Part shown: positions 1 to 13,044 of the stretch, one piece after another | How the letters are laid out: each line of letters begins with the position of its first letter | How positions within the stretch are numbered: the stretch's first letter is position 1 | Source of the DNA: Paraspadella gotoi | Taxonomy: Eukaryota; Animalia; Chaetognatha | Direction: 5' to 3' | Length of the DNA stretch: 63,129 bases | Assembly: GCA_051294375.1 (NCBI GenBank) | Contig: CM119263.1 | Span: 22,967,704-23,030,832, forward strand | Notes under the pieces: generated by a model | The model's input: the letters and a program-made list of their open reading frames with translations, nothing else | Told to the model about the DNA's origin: nothing | The model's database searches: none | Position numbers and translations under genes: made by a program

Positions 1-459
1 CTGTCGGTCACCTGACGCTTCAGACTTCCGAGTGACACCTCGACGGAAAGCGGTGGCTCCTCGCGCTTAGAAGGGGCCGCCCAGGTTCGCCGGTAAACGT
101 CTGGAAAAATAAATTAATTAAAAATTTTATTAGCAAAGAAATATTTTTTTTTATTCTAATTCAAACACAACGAAAAGAAAAGAATAATACCCAAACTTTT
201 AAGTAATAAGGACTATTTATTGTTTTCGTCACAAATTTCTGTACTGATCTGAATGAAAATAGAATCCCAAAGGAAAAAAAAATTAAATTGATTTTGAGGT
301 ATCACGAGAGTCAATAATATTTTTTCGTCCCAACTCACCGGATCTATCTCTCTCCCATCCTTGAGGCGTCTGCGACTCGTCAGTTTCCGATGCCGTAGAT
401 TGCAACAGCAGCAGCAAGAATGCTACAGCAACCAGCGACGCTTTGGCGACCGACATCAT
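1..459 (-). CDS. Secreted prepropeptide, CRH/DH44-like neuropeptide precursor candidate (3' end runs off the window)
   Basis: Exon 459-339 encodes MMSVAKASLVAVAFLLLLLQSTASETDESQTPQGWERDRS (signal peptide) and ends at a GTGAG donor in phase 1. Exon 100-<1 follows a TTTTTCCAG acceptor and continues in frame: DVYRRTWAAPSKR-EEPPLSVEVSLGSLKRQVTD. The dibasic site plus EEPPLS resembles the CRH N-terminus RR-SEEPPISLDL. Confidence 0.7.
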
Positions 460-684
460 GAACCTGTTGACAATGTTGTAAACCTTATTGTAACGGATTT
501 AACAAATCAATTTGGGAGTTCAGCATGATTTAAAAATAGACACGATAATTTGCTATAAAAATAATAATCAATTGATTTTTAAACTTACTCGTTATCGGGC
601 AGAAAAAAAATTTGGTAAGTAAGAATAGCGATCAACGTCGAGATTGAAGTTGAACGATTGACGAACGTTCGACGAGTCGCTCGC

Positions 685-691
685 TTTTATA
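685..691 (-). promoter_or_regulatory. TATA box of the prepropeptide gene
   Basis: GCTATAAAAG on the minus strand lies upstream of a putative non-coding first exon ending at a GTAAGT donor (~588). That donor can splice to the CAACAG acceptor just before the ATG at 459. Confidence 0.5.
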
Positions 692-1369
692 GCATCGATC
701 GCTTCGTCTTTATTGCATCAAGAAGAAAATAAAGTCATGGAAGAAACACAATGAGGAAAGCGACAGATGGGACCAGCTTCTAGCTCTTAAACTGATGAAA
801 ATAGGTAGTTATTGTTTTTGTAGTTGTTATCGTCGGCGTTTTCTGTCTTGACGCCCGACGTCCAGCTGGTACTATGTCAAACTCATTTACGAATTTTAAA
901 TGAAAATGGACGACGCCGATCAAAACCATATGAATGGCAAGCCTTCACTTCAGTAGATTCGGCCCCCGAAAATAAAGAGCGAGCTTAAGCTTTAAGTCAC
1001 GACAAAAAGTGGATTAATTTTAAAGCAAAAATGAAACGGTTCTGTGTCAATTTATATCGCGTCTACGAAGGAAGACCACATTTTGCGTGATTTCCTTTCT
1101 CTTTTTCAACCGTACGAGCATCGCGGGTGTTCTCCACAACCGCCTTTTCCTTATTACAACTGGAGCACCATTGGTAATTACAGCTCTAGAATATTCATTC
1201 CTTAATCCTTAATCCTTAATCCTTATCTGTGATGCCCGGACGTTTCCATTCGGACCCTCAGTGCCACTAAATCGAGTATTCGCGATTTTTATTGTTAATT
1301 ACAACATACATATTTCGACTCTCTGGTTCAGAGTTTAGTTTTGGAACAAAATTTTTCTACAAAAATTGA

Positions 1370-1373
<4 letters not shown>

Positions 1374-1435
<62 letters not shown>
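1374..1435. repeat. (GA)n microsatellite (representative of many in the window)
   Basis: Seen directly. Similar tracts lie at ~4080-4200, 12950-13050, 16235-16350, 16905-16960, 24781-24849, 33167-33240, 39980-40070, 43780-43880, 52410-52467, 55907-55997 and 62250-62345. Confidence 0.95.
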
Positions 1436-2667
1436 AAGATTTTCCAACAAAGAAGTAAAGGATAGTGGTCAGATGTGAGGACAAGTGAAGGGAAGAAGAA
1501 GAGGTTAAATTGAAATGGTGAAATGTGAAAGAGAGAGGGAGAAAGAGATACAGAGAGAGAAATATAGAATATAATACAAAAAAAAATTAGTAAGCAAAAT
1601 TTTTTTTATTATTTATATAATTTAAAATTTTTTTCAAATGTTTTCATTCAAAGCCAAAGCATATTCAGGGATAACTTTTACTTCATAAAAAATTGAAAGT
1701 ATTTATAATAAATTTAATAGATTAGAAATAAAAAAATATTATTATTATTTACTTAATCTTAAGTATAATAAATGTATAATATTATATAAATTATAAAAAT
1801 CAGTATTATGAAATTGGTACAACCGATATAAAAATTATCCATTCATTTAATAAATAAGCTATCTTGCCCCTGACTTTGGACAGGCTTTGGTAGTTTAAGG
1901 CCTCCATCACTCTTAAAAGATAATGACATAGCACTGCTAGCAGGTCCCTGCAAGCTTTCAATCAAGACTCTCTCACAGTCTCGTTCATTCACTCCCAGCT
2001 CCGGCTCCGTCAAAAAAGCTCGGCGCCGGCGGCTCCAGCTCCGGCTTATTAGTATATTGTTGTTCGTTCCTCACTTTCAGAATTTTTCCTGTGCATTTTC
2101 TGCAAAATCCCTCGCCTCTTCGCTGCGTACTTATCACCAATGTAACCCTTAGAGACGACATTAAGCTATTTTTCTATTACTTTAAATATATAAACCGCTG
2201 AAAGTGATAAGCAACCTCCGTAATCTAAGACCACAAAAGTTTACAACCTGAAAATACGTACAGTCGTATGTCATGCAGAGTGAGCGTACAGAATTATGGG
2301 AATTTAAATCATTTTTTCTACAACAGATGTCGATTTTCAAATGTCTATAGCTGGATGACTGAATGTGCTATCGAAACTAGCAATTATTATCATTATAGAG
2401 GCATGAATTCGAAACAATGTATTTAACGCAACAGTACAAATTCTGTAGTTTACAAATTCTCAACTACTAAATACAGTATTGTTAACTGTACACTAAAAGA
2501 AAGGACTTATTTCGGATGGACATTCGCGCAGTTTAGTGTGTGTGATCTAAACCAAAAAAAATTAACAAAATAGAAGCAAATTAAAACTAATTTAGTACAT
2601 TCAAAAGTGTCACAGATTTTACTTTTGTTTAAAAATTAAAAAAAATGTATATATACTACAGTTACTA

Positions 2668-3644
2668 CACGGATTTCAAATTGGAGTGAAATGAAAAGAT
2701 TTGTTATTACCGACTCAATATGATTGATATTTGATCATTTCATTAGTAGGAAAATTCCCTGACGTTTATGTTCCTAAGTAACAAGTTGAGATTGCTTTAC
2801 ATCATAACAATTGGTGCGCTTGCTTTCCAGCAGCTTTTTTTACAGAATTTTCACCCTCTTATTTGATAATTCAATTTCAAACTCATAGTGAAAAAAATTG
2901 AGAGGAACATTTTAATTTCTTTTACAATCATTAGTTAGTATAATGTCTTGAGCGAATGCAAAAAAATTCTTTTTAGTATATTTCAAGGTTTAGTGAGTCA
3001 ACAGGCTCTTGCCAGATTATTGTTCTTCTGCAATTTTTTTTAACTGAAATTTTTTTTTCTATAAGTTTTAACTAGAAAAACTATAACATGAAGAATGTTG
3101 TCATTGTGGTTGTAAAAAAGCTTTTGACATTCAGATTGCTCAGACACATACTCCAATGTCTATATCTGTAAGATGAACCAAAATTTTCAAATATTTCATT
3201 TTTGTTCAAAAAATAAATCTTATAACTGGAAGGTTCTAATCAAATGCAGAAAAATTTGCTTTTTTGAAATTCGACCAAGCCATTGTTAAACACATAACAA
3301 AGAAAGTAAGCAAGCTGGACAACTGGGAGTTTCAAAATAAAAAACGTCAGCGATTCTTTTACCAGGGAGCAAAATCTGAAGTGGCAATAACAAATAAGGC
3401 TAAATTTTACTTTCGCCGACTGCGGTTTTAGCGGCTTTTAAAAAAACAATTAAAAATATTTATTTAAAAAAAAATTAAAAAAATATTACCTAATTACCCT
3501 AACCCTAAACCACCCCTAAACTACTCTTAACCCTAACCCCTCCCTAACCCATCCCTAACCCAGGTCGGCGAAAGTAAAAGTAACCCACAAATAATTTAGC
3601 CAAAGTATTTGATCATTTCATTTCACTCCAATTTGAAATCCGTG
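2668..3644. mobile_element. Non-autonomous TIR DNA transposon, Tc1/mariner-like (TA target duplication)
   Basis: A 29-bp TIR CACGGATTTCAAATTGGAGTGAAATGAAA starts at 2668 and its reverse complement ends at 3644. Each end is flanked by TA. No transposase ORF. Confidence 0.75.
3398..3586. mobile_element. 189-bp MITE with 8-bp TSD (Merlin- or hAT-like), nested in the TA element, carrying telomere-like repeats
   Basis: Imperfect 23-bp TIRs start with GG and share the core TTTTACTTTCGCCGAC. The direct repeat ACAAATAA sits at 3390-3397 and 3587-3594. A degenerate (CCCTAA)n tract spans ~3488-3561. Confidence 0.7.
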
Positions 3645-4121
3645 TATGTTAATATTCTTTTGAAGCGCGTGATCTGTTTGAGAACAATAACGAAATAAAT
3701 AACGAGAATATTACTAAAATCTGGCCAAAAACACGACGCGAAAATACTTTCGCGAAAAAGTCTGTTGAGAAATTAACGGATGAACAAATTCGATGACCCT
3801 TTGTTTTTCATTGTTTCTTCTTTTGTTTTTTTTTGTTGTTTTTTTTCGTGGAAAGAGATGCGGAATCAATCATAACCCAAAAACCAGGCTCTAATCGCAA
3901 GTGCAAACAAAATAGCATCGCTCCTTCAAACATTCGGGTTCAATCAAAAAACATTTCCTAAATGAAAAAGAAAAATCACTGGTTGATTATTATTGTTTTT
4001 TTTTTACCTCCGCTCTCCTTTTTTTTCGAATACTTTTTTGAGCGAAGTAAGGAATTTAGGTAAGGAAGTCGCATCGAGGGGGAGAGAGAGAGGGGGAGAG
4101 AGGGGGAGAGAGATAGAGAGG

Positions 4122-4201
<80 letters not shown>

Positions 4202-4549
4202 TACTTTTTGTGCCCTAAATTCCTCTTTTTTTTTCTTTTGTCAGTGTTTCTCGACGAACGAAGAGGACAAAAGAAAGGGTCAGTTAGGAAGTCGAGTTTC
4301 GATCCCACGAAGCGCGTTACCATGACGACCCTTAGTTTATTATGCCGAGACGATCGGCGAAGACGGCAAGGCGTACGCGTTACCGTGACAACGAGACGGG
4401 GATATGGGAGGGAGGGTTTTGGGTGGAAGGTGGAAGATGGGGTGGGAGACGGGGAACGCGATGGACTTCGCGAGTGGCCTCCTGCTCATCGTCGTCATCT
4501 TCGTCGTCTTCGCAGTCGTCGTCGTCGTCTCGTCGTCCGCACCACCAGG

Positions 4550-7500
4550 CTACACCTTCTCGTCCGGCTTGAGCTTCTCTTCAGGTTTGAGCTTCTCCGC
4601 CTCTCCGTTGGCGCTGTTCTTGGTCTCCTCGCCGCGTTTCTCGGGGGTGTCGCCGCTCCGTCGAAACCGCACGCACGCCGCCAGTCGTTTTCGTTTCGCC
4701 CACAAGATGGCGGCGATGACGAGACAGACGAGGACGACGACGACGACGACGGCGATGCTCGCGTAGTCCACTTTTTGTTTTTCTTCGTTTCGTTTTTCGG
4801 TGGCGTCGTTGGGGTCGACTGTTGGACGGGGGGGGATTGGTGACGGGTGAGGGGGGGAGATGGGAAAAGATGGGAAAGAAAAAAGGAGGGGTGGGGAAAT
4901 ATCAAATTAACGGGGATTGTATGAATGTAGAACAAACGTGTCCCGCTAGAAATTTGAGATAAAAAGTGAAGCGTAAGTCTGACGCTATTGACGAGTGGTT
5001 TTTTATTAATTTAAAAATGTATTATATAATTATATAATTTTGTACTGCGACAGAATTATAATGACTCAGGCTTTCGCGCGAGGCCCGAAGATTTTAATGA
5101 GGAGATCCCGAAATCATGGCAAGATGGAAGGTATTTTCATGCAAAAGAGGGGGGGGGCAGAGTGGAGTGAGATGGATTTAAAAAAAGTCAGCGTGCAGCC
5201 AATGTACCCAAAAAATTCANNNNNNNNNNATATGTCAAGTTGGCAAAATACTGGGGTGAAAATAACGAAAGAAGTAATGAATTTATTGCTTGCTAAAAAT
5301 TTGGTTAACGTAATTTAATAAAGTATTATTTTTTTAAATAATCATAAGCGATTTAGAGTAAACTAAAAAAGTTGCCCGAGACAGAGGAATTCTTATTTAA
5401 TTATATACCGGTAACTTAAAAAAAGGTAATTTATAGACAGTACGAGAGATTAAGATTAATAAAAAAAGTCAGCGTGCAGCCAATGTACCCAAAAAATTCA
5501 CGAAATTTTGGTCAAGAACTGTCAACAGAAAAGAACTCTACGACTCATTAATTAAGGTGCCCGAAAGTGCAATAATTTCTGAATTCTGTTCTGTTGTGTA
5601 TTCCAGGGGGGTGATTACGATCAATCTACGATAATTATAAGTTTTATGACCCCGTAAGTTACATTAGGTTCGGCTAAAAGGGCTCCTTGCTGTAGTCCAG
5701 CCCTTGCGATACGGGCGTTTTAAAAATTGTAATACTTGTGACTAAAAATAACGTTTTGTATCGCAAGGACCCGACCGTGATACATATTTCTCAGTCCGTT
5801 AAATCACAGATTCACGATTTCACAAGACGGTGATTGTCATTCAATGCCCTCCCTTGCCCGACTTTTCACGATTCGCTTACGCATGGATGGCGGGTCGAAG
5901 TGGCCAGCGGCCGAGAAAAGAAACGAGCAAAAGATACACTATTAGTTGAGTAAGCAATCTGAACGGCGAGGCCAAGCAAAATTTGACAAGCACCTCGCTT
6001 TTAGTTTTTAACGTCATTGCTATAGAAATTTATCATTGAGGTATTCTCTCAGATAAAACAAAGTAGAGATGCCGTCAATGTTACATTGCATTCAACGATG
6101 AATCCAGCGACTTTTCTGTCAAGTCTATGCAAAAACGACGTTAACTGTTCCGTTAACTGTTAACTGTCACCTGTGATCCTTTTCTTGGTAATTCTGACCG
6201 AATTAATTCAGTCCCAGTCTTAAATGTCTAAACATTAATCTTGTACAATAATGTACAGGACTTTTCGATTGCCGATCCCGATGTATCTAGAAATGCTTTA
6301 GCGTCTTTTTACATTTTCTTTTTTATTCCCTTATCTCCTTTCTCTAAAACACCCTCCCACAATTCCTTACCGACGGTGTAGTAGACTTCTATCGTGGAGG
6401 AGGCGGATTCGCCGACTTTGACGGCGGAATGCATCGTCGCTTCGAACTTCATCTTCTCCTCGAGTCGGTCGCCGGGTCGACGCTTCGGGTCGACGTTGAA
6501 GTCGTTGATGGTCACGTTCTTGATGGAGACGATTAGGGCGTCGTAGCCTTCGTCTTTTGATGGGGTAGGAAAGAGGGGCGGGATATTTATTTTACTGTTC
6601 TTTTTAGCATTTTTTTTTACAGGTTGGAAAACTGTTTTAATTCAGGATAAATCAGTTTTGACATTTGAATAATGATCAGCGATCGATGGGTTCAACAAGG
6701 TTTGGGGTTTTAGTTGAGGTTTTTTTCCCCCTGATAACGGAGGTGAGATAAAGGAGTCGTTAAAGATAAAAAGGGGAAGAAGAAAGAAGAGAAACGGAAG
6801 ATCGTTCTGACTTTTCTAGGAAGTTTCGATCGCAAAAATCTGCTCGATTCGGCTTATATCAACGCCGAGTTTATTGTGAATCCATCTTATTTTTTGTCAT
6901 TCAAATAAAATGAATCACACGCTCACATTTATAAAAAGATAAGCCCGAATTCCTCCGACGAATCTCTTGTTCGATTCAAATTCTCAGGAGGCGAATTTTG
7001 AGTCACGAGGCGAACGACTTCCGTCTCCCCCCACCCCTTTTAACCCCCCCTCAACAAAAAAAAAAAAGAACAAAATCTCTAGTGAAATATTTTTCGGGTT
7101 CTGGTAAATTTTTCCTGTCGAATCCGAAAAGAAAAAAAATTTTCTTCTTTCGAGATTTTGACGGGAGGATTGGATCAAGTCTTCCCAGACTATTGGCTGG
7201 GCAGAATCGGTTTTAACCCTGACAGCGTCAGATTCGGTGGCCCTGCATAATTTATAATTACAAGCAAGGGGGGAAAAAGAAAATGCCTTGAAAATGAGAA
7301 TCGCCCTGCAGTGTTTTTATTTCTTTATTTTCGGTTCGTTTTTATTTTTTAGTAGCTTTAGCCCCAGGACTAGAGATTCAAGATTGACTTTTGTAAGAGG
7401 AACCCGTCAAAATAATCCGTTCAGTTTTCATTGAGATTGATTTGATAAGAGCGCGACGGTTAGATTAAACGTTAGATTGGGTTTATCCAAATTTGAATTT

Positions 7501-8360
7501 TGAACTTTTTTTAGAAATTGTCATAAACGATGAGTGGGAACTGGGAAATTGTGAATCGTCGCTGGACTGAAGGGTTCCCAGTCAAGTTCCCACACAAATC
7601 TTTTTCAAAACAAAATAACAAATGACCAAGGAATGATTGTTTCCTTGTTCCTCTCTCTCTTTTTCCTCAGCCTTAGAAAAATTTTTTTACTCTCTATAAA
7701 AACATAATGAATATAAGAATTTCGAGTATATAGTTTTTTCAACGAACTGAGAATATTAAATCATTCGGTTGGTTAAACAACAGAGGAGGGTTTTTTTAAA
7801 ATAAGGATCTTTTTCATTTTTGAATATCGAAAATTTAAAATAAGGATCTTTTTCATTTTTGAATATCGAAAATTACTGGGCGATTTTAAAGTTTAAAAGT
7901 TTCAAGGAATCAAGGGCGCAAAATGGAACCGAGCTAGCAAAGAAACCAAACTAACAAACCCGCCCTAACCCTCTCCCTTACCCGTCGAGGTTTTCATCTT
8001 TCTAACGAACATGATGATCCTGTTCTCGAAGTGATGTATCCCGCACTGACCAAACCCGTTCTCCTCCGGCGGCGGACACTCGTTGGGGAATTCCTTGCTG
8101 ACGATCTCCATGCCCTCTCCGCCCGTCACCCGCGCGTATTTGTGCTGCAGGGTGAAGACGTAGTCGGGCAATTTGTTCTCGCCGTAACCGAGGCGCCACA
8201 TGAGTTCGAGATTGACGGGCGTCGGGGATTTGAGGACGTAGACCGTCGGTTTGACGGGAGAGATGGAGAAGAGAATGTCCGTGGAGACGGAGGAGACTAA
8301 GAGGGAGAGGGAGAGTGGGAGGAGGAGGAAGGAACGGGAGGAGATCGGCGGAGGCGACAT
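4550..8360 (-). CDS. Orphan type-I single-pass membrane protein, 3 exons, ~276 aa
   Basis: Exons 8360-7982, 6553-6371 and 4818-4550 have GT-AG introns in matching phase 1. The product has a signal peptide (MSPPPISSRSFLLLPLSLSLLVSSVST), a beta-rich ectodomain, a TM helix (IAVVVVVVLVCLVIAAILWA), a basic stop-transfer (KRKR) and a short charged tail. Confidence 0.8.
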
Positions 8361-11300
8361 CTTCGTCGTCCAGTGGAGGTTCGGCCAGAGAGCTTTTAAA
8401 TCGTCGATTGACTTTTGTTTGTTCATTCGTTTCCGTTCTTTTTTTTTTTCTCTTTGATGGTTTTATTTCGCGCGGGTGGTCGATGATTTCGAGAAACTTC
8501 TTTCGCGAAATTCGATTCGCTTTATTTTTTCAGTTGTTTTATTTAGGAGAATAAACTTTCCTTTTGTTCGAAATCCCGACGCAGGAGCGGGTAAGTCGAC
8601 CGGGTAGAGGATTAAGTCTCTGAGTGAGGCGAGGAGTGGGCGTGGGCGTTGATTAAGTTAATTTGTGATCGAAATGAAGAATATAGAACTTTGTATGATT
8701 CAATTTGTTTCATTCGTTTATAAATAGATTGTTTTTTTTCTGTTTTAATCCGGAGCTGAATCCACGAGGCGATTCCTTCAATTTAAGACAGTTTTATGTA
8801 AGTTGGCTTTTTTTTTGGGACCGGTTCCAAATTTCTGGTGCCAGGGAAGTTCCGTCAAGAGAGTTAAAATCTGAAATTAACGGGAAGAGAATGGTTAATC
8901 ATTGAGGTGTTTATTGTCAAGAAAAGCAATAAATGTTTTAAAAAAATTCAGAAGAACAAGATAAAACAAGCGAGAACAACTGGGTCAGACTGGGCGAGGC
9001 CCGAGATGGTCTTTTTTTAAAACTTTTCAATAAATGTGATTTTAAAACGTTTCAATTAATGTTAAACGCCTTTGTAAATATCAAGTTGTTCGCAATAAAC
9101 GTTATATACCTGAAATGTTATTCGAAAATTTGAACGTAAATTATTTTAAAGTTTCGACGTCGAATTTGATCGCGTGAGAAGAGAACGAAGTGAAACCGAG
9201 TCAATCTTATCACGAACCTTTTTAATTTTATTCGTTTTCTGTATTTTTTTAAATCAAACCGAAATTCGTACTTACGACCGATCGGGATTACAATCTGACC
9301 CATTTACAGTACAATACGACCAATCTGAATGAATACGGTTTTCAATCCGAAAACAAATAAAGGGGGTAAAAAGAAATAAAAGTCACGGAGATTAAGTCTT
9401 CAAAAAGCCGAAAAGTCAACAGCGAAAAAGTATTGGCGAGGACAAAAATTCAGCGCTAAGCTGTATACACTGCATATAGGCAGCTCAGCACACCACCGAG
9501 CGTCCCTTAAGGTGTAAGCAATATTCAAAAACCACTGCGACTTTAAAAGGTAAAAATATAGAACCAAGTATTTGGGGGGGGAAATAGTTCTTGTGGCCTG
9601 GTCTCTTTGCGAGAACCGGGAGAGAAAATAGGATTGGCGCGCTTTTCCTTATAAATCCTTCAACCAAACATGACGAATGCTCTCTCGCATATTTTCTTCT
9701 CTCTCTCTCTCTCTCTCCCAATTGTTTACACCTTTTGGCAATTTTTAGAACCGAAAGAAGAGTTTGTTTACGATTGGAAGAGCCCCGACTCTTGTACCCA
9801 ACCCCTTTTTCTCTCTCATCTCTTTTATTGCGCGTCGTTTCTTCTTTACGTTCGTCCGTTTTTAGGTTAGTCTCTACCATCGGTCTGTCCTTTCTTTATA
9901 ACTCTCTTTTTGTCCTTCTTCACGTCTTTATTTTTTTATTTTCGTTTCTCTTCTTTTCTATTCTTTTATCTTTCTAGTTTGTTTAAAAATGTCCGACAAT
10001 ACGTAAATTTAAGATTTGATTTGATTATGCAAAAAAGTCAAAATACGACTCCCCGACGTCCCCCCTCTTCCCGCCCCGTTTAACTTCCTCTCCCTTCTCC
10101 CGCCTTATTTGCTGTCTTGGCGCGAACATAAATGATCTTTTAACTTTTGACGTTTTTTAACAAAAGTGGCCTTTTAAAATTAGTAAAGGGGAGCAGGAAT
10201 ATTTCCGTTTGTTAAAAAGCTTAAAAAAAATGTAAAAAAAAATCGTCATTTTTAAACCTCTGTACTTATATATAAATGATGCAATTTTATTTTTAAATAT
10301 AAATAATTAATAATAATAAATCAAAACCACGAAAGAGAGAAAAAACTAACGGCATATGGAAGACCATGGGGTATGACGCAATGTACACAACTTACAATGT
10401 ACACACATATAGAAAAAAATATGCAGTTGAAAATAATGTTACTTTTGATAATTTTTTTTATTTTGTCTCATTCTTGATCATTACTTCCTGAATGTTATGT
10501 AGCAAAATTAATGCAAAATCCCCTTAAAGCTTTCAAGATAGAGTTAAATAAATTTAAAGATATATATAAAAAAAATATCAGATTGTGACGAAATTGAATA
10601 AGAAAAATCTGATTTTTTTCAAAAAGCAAAATTCCTTCACAATTTCTTTATTTATAATTCTCAATGAACCAAATATTTTTTTTCTTAAATGAAAAATATT
10701 TAAATTTTTCATCTTATATAGTTATTTTACTCTACTAAATTTAAATATATTTTTAAAAAAAATTACACACAAAGTTGTAAGAATATAAGTTTTCAAATAA
10801 TGCTGTTTGGATCTTTGTTAAAGCTCCCAACAAATCACAACCACAAAATGAAAACAAAAACTTGAAAAAAGCAAAATTATTTTGTCATTCTGATTTGGAG
10901 ATAATTGGGTGATTGTTATGCCTTAAATTTCTTTTAAATGATAAGTTGATAGGTTTAAAAGATAGCTTTTAATCTCTATTAACAAATTGAGATTTAATAT
11001 ATCTTTTTTTAATCAACAAGTTTAACCTAGCTCAATTACAAATGAAATTTTGTCACCGTTTTAAACTATAATCAGACTGATTTTTTACATATTTTGATTG
11101 TCTTTGCGATCTTGCTGATGATCAACAGTCGTGGTGAAGAAAGCCTATGTTCGGTCGAACGTAACTCATATATTAGTGATATGACAGAGAAAAAATTTTG
11201 GTCATAAGATAAAAAAATATGTGAGAGGGTAGCGTGAATAAGTTTTTCCACGAGACTGTACACCGCGTCATATATACCTTTGTTATATCTAAGTTACACT

Positions 11301-12954
11301 ATCCGTTTCCTGAAAAGCCATAAACGGAATTCCTCCTACCAATCAACCGCGAAAAATAACCAGGTGTTTTTGATAAAATAAGTTTACCAGCCCTGTCTGC
11401 TCTGGCGGCGTCGTCGTCGTCGTCATGTTTCTAATCAAAGGAGGAAGATTTGAATCGAATCAAAAATAAACATTTGTACCAACGAAGATGATTGTTTTGA
11501 GATGCGAAGGAAGAGAAGAGATGATTATTTATTCGAAAAAGATAAAAAAATAATCGAGAAAGAAAAGTCTTGAAAGGAGGAATATTTATAAAGAAATTTA
11601 ACCAAGATCATGAGTGAAATATAGTTGTTGAAATAATTTTTCGTTCAATGTTGAATGAATTTATATAACAAGTTTTTTAAATCTCACTCGCCTTCAACAA
11701 ACTTCCCGCTGGTACACAAAGAAAAAAAAAATCTAATTCTAAGAAAAACGATTTCTTGAAAAATTTTGTGAGTTTTATTGATTCGCCGTACACGAGACTT
11801 GAGAGAGAAGCGTGAGGAGATTTTGGATTTACAATCACATTCTTTCGACTTCTAATTAACATTTTCTTTTTGTGAAGCGAATATCGACTCGATTGATTTG
11901 GATGTGAATAATATCGAGAAAGATGAACCGCGAAGATATTGAATTCTCGACGATCGAATGCGATTGATTGAGCGAAAAAAAAAGTTTGAGCCGAGTTGAA
12001 TCTCACGGTCGGAGAAGCTTAAAACGACCTCTGCGATAGCGATTGGTTGTTACAGTTGAAACCGGAAGAAAGGGATCAATTGTTTAAGAGAGGCGAAAGA
12101 AGAATCGTTAACATACCAGTTTGATGAGTAAAAAAAGAGAACTGGTTCGGATAAATTGGGTTTGTTCGATATGTTCAATAAGTAATTATAACTAAATAGT
12201 ATAAATGCTAAAAAAGCGAAAAGAGTTTTAACGGAAACGTACCCCTCAATTTTTCGTATTAAGCGAATTTAAAGTTTTCTCCGTGGGTCGAAAGTCCGCG
12301 CGAATTTGTGATCGCCGTGATCGATCACATTTTCCCCGACGAAAGGTTGCGTGGCTCTCGTCCAAAAATCCGCGGACGCGATGACAACGAAAGAGCGAAG
12401 AGTCAAAGAGGTCGGACTGACATTCCACGTTCGACGGAGATACCGACAATGCAGACATTTGACGACCACGGTGTGAGCGAGGTGTGGGAAACAAGTGTGG
12501 GAATGAGGTTTGGGACCTTCAGAAACGTGAGTTTGTGATTTGAGCGATTTTCGTTTTATTCATTTTGGTTGATTAGCAAAAAGGTGAAAAAGTGAAAAGG
12601 TTACGGATTTTTTACGTTTTATAAACCGACTGAGGCTGCGATTGGTTATCGAAGAGATAACGACCTCGGAGCGAATATTCAATCGTTGATGAGTTTCAAA
12701 CATAAAACTAGAAACGAAACTCGAACCGAAACCAGTTTTGTAACAGAGTCGTCGCCGTAGTCAGAAGCGCGTCTTTAAAAAGTCTGAATTAAGAATCAGG
12801 TTTCTTGCGTCGGGATCTCGACTTGGCTGACTTTTACGATATGATTTTTTTTTTAAATTTTACGGTCGAGGCGCCTTTTTCATTCTGAATCGAGAAAAGA
12901 GAGAGACTAAAAATATTCGGCGAATTAATCGTTTTGAATACTGAATAAGAGAGA

Positions 12955-13006
<52 letters not shown>

Positions 13007-13008
13007 GA

Positions 13009-13044
<36 letters not shown>

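Noticed and set aside
3976-4325. ORFs with poly-(SL) or poly-(ER) tracts here and throughout the window
   Set aside because: They are translations of stop-free (GA/CT)n microsatellites, not proteins.
5180-5500. ~40-bp direct repeat AAAAAAGTCAGCGTGCAGCCAATGTACCCAAAAAATTCA at ~5180 and ~5461
   Set aside because: The first copy abuts an N-gap, so this is most likely a contig-overlap artefact. Two copies do not make a CRISPR array or LTR pair.
7794-7875. Tandem ~41-bp duplication
   Set aside because: Simple intronic slippage duplication with no functional signal.
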